Positions 39,293 through 47,124 of a stretch of DNA of 64,000 bases are shown one piece after another. Within the stretch, counting starts at the first letter, position 1. The number at the start of each line of letters is the position of its first letter. The notes under the pieces are model-generated. The model was not told the origin of the DNA, searched no databases, and worked only from the letters and a program-made list of their open reading frames with translations. Position numbers and translations under genes: made by a program. Source of the stretch: an uncultured Thermotogae bacterium (lineage in GTDB: Bacteria; Thermotogota; Thermotogae; MWEM01); the NCBI GenBank assembly GCA_963667315.1, contig OY763325.1:1826380-1890379 (forward strand), given 5' to 3'.

Positions 39293-39364
39293 GTAGGGGC
39301 AATTCATGAGAATTCAAAGGATTCTCTGGAGCTTTCCTTTGGAAAGATCATGAACTGCCCCTAC
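39293..39364. repeat. REP-like palindrome interrupted by a 38-bp insert
   Basis: GTAGGGGCAATTCATGA [39310-39347] TCATGAACTGCCCCTAC; TCATGA occurs on both sides of the insert. Confidence 0.7.
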
Positions 39365-39431
39365 CGGGTTCCGGGTTTTCCACCATAAAAAAACTGTTTC
39401 CGAAGATCCTATTCCATAATATTAATCGTAC

Positions 39432-39536
39432 CTATAAATCTGCCCATGCTACATCTTCTTCAGGGGACAACCAGTCTTTTTTCAGAACTTCTTCACTTGC
39501 CAGCGTTAACTCACTAACCTCTTTTGTTTCCATCAT
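39432..39536 (-). CDS. 34-aa mini-ORF resembling the C-terminus of DUF2281-type TA-associated proteins
   Basis: My translation MMETKEVSELTLASEEVLKKDWLSPEEDVAWADL after GGAGG; the family resemblance (LASE..L..DW..PEED.AW..L) is from memory. Confidence 0.5.
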   Translation of the reverse strand: MMETKEVSELTLASEEVLKKDWLSPEEDVAWADL

Positions 39537-39543
39537 TCCTCCA

Positions 39544-39717
39544 TCAATTTTCAATCTCACTAAAACTGTTGATAATATTCAGAGCTTCAAATAGGATATC
39601 ATATGGCAGTCTTTCGATGATTACAGCGGGTCTTTTCCCTTTTTGTTCATGTCCTTTTTGAGGATTAAAGTCCAGAAAAACAATATCTCCCTGTTTTGGT
39701 TTGTAATCTGCTGTCAT
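39544..39717 (-). pseudogene. mazF: MazF/PemK toxin with large in-frame internal deletion (57 aa left)
   Basis: MTADYKPKQGDIVFLDFNPQKGHEQKGKRPAVI joined directly to the C-terminal IERLPYDILFEALNIINSF; about half of a typical ~110-aa PemK fold is missing. Confidence 0.8.
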
Positions 39718-39950
39718 ATTTCATTTCCCAGCGAATCTCCGGTATCCCATTCAGAACAGTTATAGTCCCCTTTGTAATCTTTTACTCTATCTTTTTATGA
39801 TATATGCTTTTTTACCGGAACAATAATAATATTCCCATCGACCACTTTAACTTCAACCTGATCATTTTCTCCAATTTTCATTTTATCCAGAATAATCCTG
39901 GGAATCCAGATTGCGTAACTGTTCCCCCGTTTTTGAATTTTAGTCAACAT
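39714..39950 (-). pseudogene. mazE: MazE/AbrB antitoxin with premature stop
   Basis: MLTKIQKRGNSYAIWIPRIILDKMKIGENDQVEVKVVDGNIIIVPVKKHIS*KDRVKDYKGDYNCSEWDTGDSLGNEI*; TAA at 39795-39797; the original stop overlaps the mazF ATG (ATGA). Confidence 0.82.
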
Positions 39951-40061
39951 ATGATCACCTGATTTAAAGTATAAACTTTGTATATACTGTTGTCAACTTT
40001 AAAGACTTCACAGAGCTTAACCCCCATAGTGTATAATAATAAAAAATCTTGGGGGTGAACC

Positions 40062-43000
40062 ATGTACGAAAAATTAATTTCTTTTAAGACTCGAATAGAA
40101 CAGCGTATAGAAGAAATCAGACCTTATGTGATCACGAAACGGTTGGGGATAGAGGGGTGGAAAGTCACACGAAACGATTCGCTTTATCCCCCTGTAGACA
40201 ACTGGGAGCATGTGAAGGTTGGCTACAGATGGGAGAATGAGGATGAAATTCCCGTCTGGTTTGAGACAATCGTCCATCTGCCCCGTATCGAACCGCATCA
40301 GGATTGTCTGCTGAGTATCTGGACGGGGGGGGAAAGTCTCGTTTTTATTGACGGCAAGCCCTTTGGCGAGATCAACCCGTATCACAGAAGCATCAACGTC
40401 AACAAGTTCTGCACAGACAAGAACCACACCCTTTCCATTCAAACCGTTCCGCATCTGCTTTTCGGAGAGAAATCCACCAACAGACAACTGGAATACGCTT
40501 TCGTCCTCATCGCCGACAGGGACATTAAACGTTTTACCGATACCCTTCAGCTGACACTGGACAGTGCCGTTGCAACAGACGACACACAGCTTCAGGAACA
40601 GCTTTGTGTGCTGCTTGAAGAAACACTCATCATGACACGCATGCCACGAAGCACCGCTCGCTATACGGCTTCTATAAGGGACAACAAGTCAATAGACGAA
40701 TATATCGCAAAGAAATACATCTCGGAAAATATTCCGTTCTCCGGTGGTAACAGGCTTGATGAGGATGAAAAGATGATGCTCTGGGAAGCGTGGGAATATA
40801 TCACAACCGAGATGAAAAAGCTGCTTGAGGATTATCCGAAGCGGGGTGAAATCTCCGCGATGGGACATGCCCATATCGACTATGCCTGGCTGTGGCCCGT
40901 AGCCGAGACGAAACGAAAGATTCCACGAACCTTCGCCAACGCCCTTTCCATGATGGAACGCTATCCGGATTTCGTGTTCACACAGTCCTCCGCACAGATG
41001 TATGCGGATATCAAAGAGCTTTATCCGGATATCTTCAAAAGGATTAAAGAACAGGTGAAAAACGGCAACTGGGAAGTTGCAGGCGGTTCATGGGTGGAAA
41101 ACGACTGTAACGTCCCTTCTCCGGAATCACTGGCGAGACAGTTCTATTACGGCCAGACATTCTTTAAAAGAGAATTCGGCGTGTATAACAAGGTTTCCTG
41201 GCTGCCGGATGTATTCGGATTTCCCTGGGTCCTGCCGCAGATATGCAAAGAGGCCGGTATCGACTATTTCTTTACAACCAAGCTGACATGGAATGATAAA
41301 AACCCGATGCCGCATGACATCATGAGATGGCGAGGTCTTGACGGCAGTGAAGTGATCTACAGGAGTTTTAAGAATCCGATGGGATATAACGCAGATATCG
41401 ACCCGAAGACGATCTACGAAAACTGGGAGAATTACAAAGACAAGACGAATATCCCGCTGAGCATGATGACATACGGTTACGGAGACGGCGGTGGCGGTCC
41501 CGTTGACCAGCAGATGGACAATCTGGATATCCTCGACGATATTCCCGGTGTTCCAGACGTGACACTGGAAAAGGCTGAAGAGCATTTCGACTGGATTTCC
41601 CAGCATAAGGATTCCCTGCCCGTCTGGGATGATGAGCTCTATCTCGAATTCCACAGGGGAACCTATACCACACAGGCGAGAACGAAGAAGCTGCATAAAG
41701 AATGCGAAGACGCCCTCGCGGAAACGGAGATGCTTTATACCCTGCTTGAAAATGAGGAAAACTATCCGCATGACAAGTTTGACAACGCCTGGAAGACCGT
41801 TTTAAGGAATGAGTTCCACGATATATTACCCGGTTCCTCAATCCCTGAAGTCTACATGGACAGCGAAAGAGAACTTGGTGAGACACTTGAAGCCGTTCGT
41901 GGGATGAAAGATGAAATACTGAAGAACAAAGCGGCAGATTCAAAGAATTATGTCAGCGTTTTCAACCCAAGTGAGCATGAAAGACCCTGTGTCTTTGAAC
42001 TGGAAACAGAAAACGGTGAAGGCTGGGTGCTTCAGCCCGAATTCGGTGAAAAACTCATCCCGATGCTCACGCATGACGGAAAGGCAAGTTACAACTGTCA
42101 CGAAATCATGGCACCGTTTGCCACGCTTCGCTTCTTCAAGGAGAAGAGGGTGAAACTCGTTGCCGATGAGGTCAGCAAGAACTTTGAATTCGAAAATTTT
42201 CATTACCGGGCACAGGTCATGGATGACGGCTCCATTCAGGTCTACAACAAGGAAACAGAAAAATATTTGTTCAGAGAAGCCGGAAACATCCTCCGACTTT
42301 ACGAGGATGTACCGATGTTCTGGGATGCCTGGGACACGGCGGTGAATTATGAACATTACACACTTGATTTCGACTCCGTTGAAGTTGATGTCATAGAGTC
42401 AACACCTGCCAGAAAGGTAGTTGAAGTCACTTACACAATTGAAGAGTCAACGATCGTTCAGAGATATATCTTCAAAGAGGAAGAGGCACGCATCGATATT
42501 GAAAACGATATTGACTGGCATCACAGAAGGGTCATGCTCAGGGCAGACTTCGAGACAACCCTCCTCTCCAGAAAGGCGACTTTCGACCTGGGAGCCGGCT
42601 TCATCGAGAGAGCCACACACAAAAACACGGACAGGGAACTGGCGAGATTTGAAATGCCGGGACACAGATGGATTGACCTCTCCGAAAGGGATTTTGGCGT
42701 CAGCCTCCTCAATAACGGAAAATACGGCTACAGTGTTGAAGACAACTGTTTGTCACTCACCCTGCTGCGTTCACCGATCAACCCTTCCGTATTCGCCGAC
42801 GAAGGCAGACACAGTTTCACCTATTCCATCTTTGCCCATTATTCCAGTGACCTGGAAGAAACGGTCAAAGAGGCGAGAAACCTCAACAGGCCGCTTACCG
42901 TATTTGACGGTGTGGTTCACAATCTCGGAAAGGAAATCGGAGACCTGGACGAATCCAGTCTGCACATCATGTGTCTGAAAACGGCTGCCACAGGCGGAAC

Positions 43001-43190
43001 GGTTCTCAGAGTCTGTGAAACGCTCGGTTCAAGGGACAGTGCAACCCTCTCTTTCAAGGGATTGTCATTTGAAAAAGTATATCTGTCAAATATTCTCGAA
43101 GAGGAACTGACCGAGATTCCAGTCGCTGAAGATAAGTCCTTCAGCGTTGAATACGAACCGTTTAAAATTTATACGTTTATCCTAAAATAA
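40062..43190 (+). CDS. Alpha-mannosidase, glycoside hydrolase family 38
   Basis: GHAHIDYAWLWP, WLPDVFGF, YGYGDGGGGP, ELYLEFHRGTYT, NEFHDILPGSSI. Confidence 0.95.
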   Translation: MYEKLISFKTRIEQRIEEIRPYVITKRLGIEGWKVTRNDSLYPPVDNWEHVKVGYRWENEDEIPVWFETIVHLPRIEPHQDCLLSIWTGGESLVFIDGKPFGEINPYHRSINVNKFCTDKNHTLSIQTVPHLLFGEKSTNRQLEYAFVLIADRDIKRFTDTLQLTLDSAVATDDTQLQEQLCVLLEETLIMTRMPRSTARYTASIRDNKSIDEYIAKKYISENIPFSGGNRLDEDEKMMLWEAWEYITTEMKKLLEDYPKRGEISAMGHAHIDYAWLWPVAETKRKIPRTFANALSMMERYPDFVFTQSSAQMYADIKELYPDIFKRIKEQVKNGNWEVAGGSWVENDCNVPSPESLARQFYYGQTFFKREFGVYNKVSWLPDVFGFPWVLPQICKEAGIDYFFTTKLTWNDKNPMPHDIMRWRGLDGSEVIYRSFKNPMGYNADIDPKTIYENWENYKDKTNIPLSMMTYGYGDGGGGPVDQQMDNLDILDDIPGVPDVTLEKAEEHFDWISQHKDSLPVWDDELYLEFHRGTYTTQARTKKLHKECEDALAETEMLYTLLENEENYPHDKFDNAWKTVLRNEFHDILPGSSIPEVYMDSERELGETLEAVRGMKDEILKNKAADSKNYVSVFNPSEHERPCVFELETENGEGWVLQPEFGEKLIPMLTHDGKASYNCHEIMAPFATLRFFKEKRVKLVADEVSKNFEFENFHYRAQVMDDGSIQVYNKETEKYLFREAGNILRLYEDVPMFWDAWDTAVNYEHYTLDFDSVEVDVIESTPARKVVEVTYTIEESTIVQRYIFKEEEARIDIENDIDWHHRRVMLRADFETTLLSRKATFDLGAGFIERATHKNTDRELARFEMPGHRWIDLSERDFGVSLLNNGKYGYSVEDNCLSLTLLRSPINPSVFADEGRHSFTYSIFAHYSSDLEETVKEARNLNRPLTVFDGVVHNLGKEIGDLDESSLHIMCLKTAATGGTVLRVCETLGSRDSATLSFKGLSFEKVYLSNILEEELTEIPVAEDKSFSVEYEPFKIYTFILK

Positions 43191-43205
43191 TTCGAGTTAG
43201 ACTGC

Positions 43206-43236
43206 AAAAAGGCAGCTCGCTTGAGCTGCCTTTTTT
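43206..43236 (+). terminator. Rho-independent terminator
   Basis: AAAAAGGCAGCTC-GCTT-GAGCTGCCTTTTTT. Confidence 0.85.
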
Positions 43237-43609
43237 GTTGTTTGTTTTAGCCAGAGGGAACGTCCCCTTGATCACACCCTTGATCACAGCTCATCATGTG
43301 CATCGGCATAAATGAGTAAATATCATGCTTCTGTCAAAAATTCAACAAAATGATTCATATACGCAATTAAACTTCATATTGTCTATACATTTTATCTGTA
43401 GTATATGCATCGGGGATTGTGAAATAAATCCCAATTAACTGATATCAAACACGATAACCATACGACTTGTTGAAATAAATCAGTTTAAGCAGCAACATGA
43501 ATCGATTAAAGAGAAAAGGATGGACTTTTTAAAGTTGAATTGGCCGGAGGAGAATTCCGGATGGTGTTCCGCTCAATGAGGGCGATAAACAATTAAGAGG
43601 TGTAAAAAG

Positions 43610-43732
43610 ATGAAAAGATATTCAAACGACAAATACTATTACTGGCTGGATGAATTTGAGAACCCGGATGCGGTGAAACCGGTACAGGAAAAAGTCAACA
43701 AGTTTCACTGGTCTCATCTTCTGATCAGATAA
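43610..43732 (+). CDS. Small peptide A, 40 aa (family 1)
   Basis: GAGGTG RBS; MKRYSNDKYYYWLDEFENPDAVKPVQEKVNKFHWSHLLIR; paralog of 44532. Confidence 0.75.
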   Translation: MKRYSNDKYYYWLDEFENPDAVKPVQEKVNKFHWSHLLIR

Positions 43733-43746
43733 ATAGTTTCTTTTTC

Positions 43747-43776
43747 AAAGGAGGTCTTAGAAAGACCTCCTTTTTT
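43747..43776 (+). terminator. Rho-independent terminator after peptide A
   Basis: AAAGGAGGTCT-TAGAA-AGACCTCCTTTTTT. Confidence 0.8.
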
Positions 43777-43968
43777 CATGTCTGCCCATCAACCTGTTTA
43801 TAAAGCTGAAAAGCTCATTTATAGCCATTTTTACATTTAAAGACATCTTACAAAACAGAAATATATATTCACCTATATTTAATATGTCGCCATGTAATAA
43901 ATTCCAGATATCTTCGTCAAGTGTTATGAAAGTACGAATCAGGAACTATTTTAAAGGGAGGGATTCGA

Positions 43969-44103
43969 ATGAACAGATGGATAAGAAGAAAAGCATTTCA
44001 TAAAAACAGTCACATTAAAGATATTAGTATCGGTGAGCAGATAGAGGAAACGAAAGATAAAATCAATTTTATGTTTTATGACATGAACGCCTTTATACGA
44101 TAA
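43969..44103 (+). CDS. Small peptide B, 44 aa (family 2)
   Basis: GGGAGG RBS; MNRWIRRKAFHKNSHIKDISIGEQIEETKDKINFMFYDMNAFIR. Confidence 0.75.
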   Translation: MNRWIRRKAFHKNSHIKDISIGEQIEETKDKINFMFYDMNAFIR

Positions 44104-44114
44104 GGAGGGATTTT

Positions 44115-44243
44115 ATGAGATTGTTTAAAAGTAAGACCTTTTTTAACAAAAAAGCACAGATCAACGATATCAACGAACAGATAGAAGAAACGAAGGATAA
44201 ACTATATTTCATGTATTTCGGCAGAAACGGATTCAGCAGATAA
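44115..44243 (+). CDS. Small peptide C, 42 aa (family 2)
   Basis: AAGGAGG RBS; MRLFKSKTFFNKKAQINDINEQIEETKDKLYFMYFGRNGFSR. Confidence 0.78.
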   Translation: MRLFKSKTFFNKKAQINDINEQIEETKDKLYFMYFGRNGFSR

Positions 44244-44254
44244 GGAGAAATGTT

Positions 44255-44380
44255 ATGAAAAGATTTGAAAATCAATTGTTTAACAGGGACAATCAGTATA
44301 AGGATATCAACGAAAGAGTTGAAGAATCAAAAGATAAATTTTATTTCATGCTTCACGGATTAAATGGATTTACAAGATAA
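44255..44380 (+). CDS. Small peptide D, 41 aa (family 2)
   Basis: AAGGAG RBS; MKRFENQLFNRDNQYKDINERVEESKDKFYFMLHGLNGFTR. Confidence 0.78.
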   Translation: MKRFENQLFNRDNQYKDINERVEESKDKFYFMLHGLNGFTR

Positions 44381-44392
44381 GGGGTGATGAAG

Positions 44393-44518
44393 ATGAAAAA
44401 ACTTTTCAGAAAATTTATAAGCAGGGACTTTAACGGAAATTATGACAACACTAATGTTGAAGCATCAAATTCAACAATTTATTATACATTTAATGATTTA
44501 AACGGTTTTAACAGATGA
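44393..44518 (+). CDS. Small peptide E, 41 aa (family 2, divergent)
   Basis: GGGGTG RBS; MKKLFRKFISRDFNGNYDNTNVEASNSTIYYTFNDLNGFNR. Confidence 0.72.
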   Translation: MKKLFRKFISRDFNGNYDNTNVEASNSTIYYTFNDLNGFNR

Positions 44519-44531
44519 GAGGTGTAAAAAG

Positions 44532-44669
44532 ATGAAACGTTATGCAAATGATAAGTATTATTACTGGCGAGATGCCCTGACAGATCCAAAACAGAGGACC
44601 GCAAACAAAGAAACAGAAACAGCGGATGATAGAGACAGACTGCATTGGTTATTTCCGTTGTTAAGATAG
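44532..44669 (+). CDS. Small peptide F, 45 aa (family 1)
   Basis: Same GAGGTGTAAAAAGATGAAA leader as peptide A; MKRYANDKYYYWRDALTDPKQRTANKETETADDRDRLHWLFPLLR. Confidence 0.75.
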   Translation: MKRYANDKYYYWRDALTDPKQRTANKETETADDRDRLHWLFPLLR

Positions 44670-44690
44670 ATTAAAAATTCCCCCAAAGCA

Positions 44691-44722
44691 AAGAGAGAGG
44701 GCTTTTTCAAGCCCTCTCTCTT
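44691..44722. terminator. Bidirectional terminator between the peptide array and a GLUG lipoprotein gene
   Basis: AAGAGAGAGGGCT-TTTTCA-AGCCCTCTCTCTT. Confidence 0.75.
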
Positions 44723-44780
44723 CTTGTGATTCGTGGTATCACGCACAGATCATATTAAACACTATCTTCAACCGTTTGTC

Positions 44781-46844
44781 CTACTCCGTCCCTGGTGCCG
44801 GAGACTGTGGAATACTTTTCAGATACGGATAAGAGTTGTCTTCAACAATTGTCCAAACCGTACCAAAATCCCATACCGAATCAAAGGTCTCCTTGCTCTT
44901 CATCTCTGCGGTTGTTTTGCCCGTTACGCCTGTTGAGGAGCCAATGGCAATGTCACTTGAAGCCTCTGACACATCCGTGTCCCAGAAGGAATGTGTTATG
45001 GTAAAACTAAAACCGAGTGCCTTCCCTGCAAAGCCGCCGATTTCAAATCCGGTCCCCGTTGCATTTCCACTCGCATAGGCATTGACAATACTGCTGCTAA
45101 GATTTATCACCCCTGCAAAACCGCCAACAGTATAGCTCCCACTTGCTTTGCCTGTCGTATACGCATTTTCAATACTACCGCTATACTGATTCCCCACAAA
45201 GCCGCCGGCATATTGTGTTCCGCTTGCAATTCCGGTCGAATAAGCGTATGTGATACTGCCACCCTGTTGTTTTCCGATAAAACCACCAACTGAATTATCA
45301 CCCTCTACCTCAGCGGATACATTCGTGTTTGAAATACTTCCAGCAACCTGCACACCCACAAAACCACCAATGTTGATAGAGCCATTAACAGTACCATCCA
45401 CCTCAACATTTGTGATAGTTCCGGAAACAAGACTGCCAACTAATCCACCGACTGCTGCAAAACCATTCACATTGATATTTTCCAACCTCAACTGTTCAAT
45501 CGTTGCCGCCTCAATCATTCCAAAGAGTCCTATCGCGGTGTCACTGTTTTCAGTTCTGTCAATACAAAGATCGGCTATCGTGTGCGTCGCTGAGCCGCCA
45601 TAACCCGTGAAATGTCCGGTGAATCGATTTGCATCTGTCCCGATGGGTTCCCATCCGGAGGGATTATCAACCGTCGTCGCCGCATACGTCTCATAATATT
45701 CCGTCTGGGATGAGAGATCCGTCGTCAGCATGAAGTGGACGTCTTCTCCCATGTAATCCCGCACGTTGTTCAATTCTTTCCAATTGCCAATCTGATACGG
45801 ATCGTTTACCGTTCCGTTTCCGGCGGAGAAATCCGTTAATGCCGTGAATCGTGCGTTTCTCGCCAATCCGGCATTCAACGTCCAGGTAATTGACCCCTCA
45901 TAAAGATCTCCCACTCCCGTCGGCAGCAGGATGCAGTCTGTGGCCACACCATAAATAGCCAACGTGTATTGTTGGGCATTGTGATAGGCGGCATTCGTCA
46001 GGTTATCGGACCAGATTTTGAACAACACCCGCTCCCCTTCCTGTGAGAAGGTGTAGGCTTCATTTTCCCCTTCCGTTCCAACTTGTCTCAGTCTTTCCCG
46101 CGTATCCGGAGCTTCTATCACCTCTGCCCCACTCTGCGATACACTCAAACGATTGGTATTCCCGAAGAATATCAAGGCGTTTTGCTCCGATACCGGCCGG
46201 TCCACGAGAAAATTAAACGCACTTTCCACCGTATGTTCCGATGATACCTGTCGGGCATCGTAATAGTATTTCAGGGTGTAGGCATTCCCATCACTCGATT
46301 TGACATACTTTGGCCGAAGCAGGACTCCGTTGTTGTACACCCGGCTCGTCTCACTCGCCTTCAGGGTGATGTAATCCGTCAGGAGCATCTCGTACAAATC
46401 CGTCCCGTTTTGTGTCTCGTCATCCTGGAGGATGACCCATTTCAGAGTTGTTCCCGTTACCCTTTGTGTCGCTCTCTCTGCACCGCTCCAAATCGTTCCC
46501 GCTTCTATCGCCTCTCGGGTGATGTCCTCCGGAATGAAGCAGATGTAACGTGCGTGATCCACTTTGTGTCCCGAAATCTTAAATGTTTCCGTTCCCTCTC
46601 CCGTTACGCTCAACGTGAATGGCGTTATCATCTCCCGACTCGTTAATTCATCTTTGTCAATCGTCAGACTCCACAATCCGAATTCCCTGTAATCCTCAAG
46701 TCCATAGTCTCCAATCTCGGATAGTTTTATCCCTTTGACAACAGATATTGCATTCGTATCTTTGCCTCCACGATTGATACACGAAACCATCAACAGAGCC
46801 GCAACGACCATAGCACATATCAAGATCAGTTTCCCCTTTCTCAT
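44781..46844 (-). CDS. Lipoprotein with unknown N-terminal domain and one GLUG-repeat module
   Basis: Lipobox LLMVSC; FSAGNGTVNDPYQI, repeated GGLVG/GGFVG motifs, FWDTD...YPYLKS. Confidence 0.8.
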   Translation of the reverse strand: MRKGKLILICAMVVAALLMVSCINRGGKDTNAISVVKGIKLSEIGDYGLEDYREFGLWSLTIDKDELTSREMITPFTLSVTGEGTETFKISGHKVDHARYICFIPEDITREAIEAGTIWSGAERATQRVTGTTLKWVILQDDETQNGTDLYEMLLTDYITLKASETSRVYNNGVLLRPKYVKSSDGNAYTLKYYYDARQVSSEHTVESAFNFLVDRPVSEQNALIFFGNTNRLSVSQSGAEVIEAPDTRERLRQVGTEGENEAYTFSQEGERVLFKIWSDNLTNAAYHNAQQYTLAIYGVATDCILLPTGVGDLYEGSITWTLNAGLARNARFTALTDFSAGNGTVNDPYQIGNWKELNNVRDYMGEDVHFMLTTDLSSQTEYYETYAATTVDNPSGWEPIGTDANRFTGHFTGYGGSATHTIADLCIDRTENSDTAIGLFGMIEAATIEQLRLENINVNGFAAVGGLVGSLVSGTITNVEVDGTVNGSINIGGFVGVQVAGSISNTNVSAEVEGDNSVGGFIGKQQGGSITYAYSTGIASGTQYAGGFVGNQYSGSIENAYTTGKASGSYTVGGFAGVINLSSSIVNAYASGNATGTGFEIGGFAGKALGFSFTITHSFWDTDVSEASSDIAIGSSTGVTGKTTAEMKSKETFDSVWDFGTVWTIVEDNSYPYLKSIPQSPAPGTE

Positions 46845-47071
46845 CCTCTTCTCACACCCTTTTTATAAATTCTTTTATGATCAAAACCGCCTTTAATTAT
46901 CTTGTTTTGCAAGATTATACCTTATTTATGTTAATTTTTTAGCACATTATACTACGATGATTTGATCCATAAAGATGCAGAATACCCTGAAGCATTAAGA
47001 ATAAGGAATCACAGCGATACACGGTACCGATTGTTCATGGCGTTGAGATAAATAAAATTTTCACCCAAACT

Positions 47072-47105
47072 AAAAAGAGAGGGCATAAAAGCCCTCTCTT
47101 TTTTT
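47072..47105. terminator. Terminator downstream of the 1052-aa gene
   Basis: AAAAAGAGAGGGC-ATAAAA-GCCCTCTCTTTTTTT. Confidence 0.75.
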
Positions 47106-47124
47106 GCAAAAAAATTATTATCCC

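Noticed and set aside
43265-43288. 12-bp tandem duplication CCCTTGATCACA x2
   Set aside because: Only two units with no spacer; most simply a slippage duplication.
43969-44518. Peptide array as a CRISPR array
   Set aside because: The repeated units are open reading frames with RBSs and protein-level similarity; there are no identical repeats with unique spacers and no cas genes.
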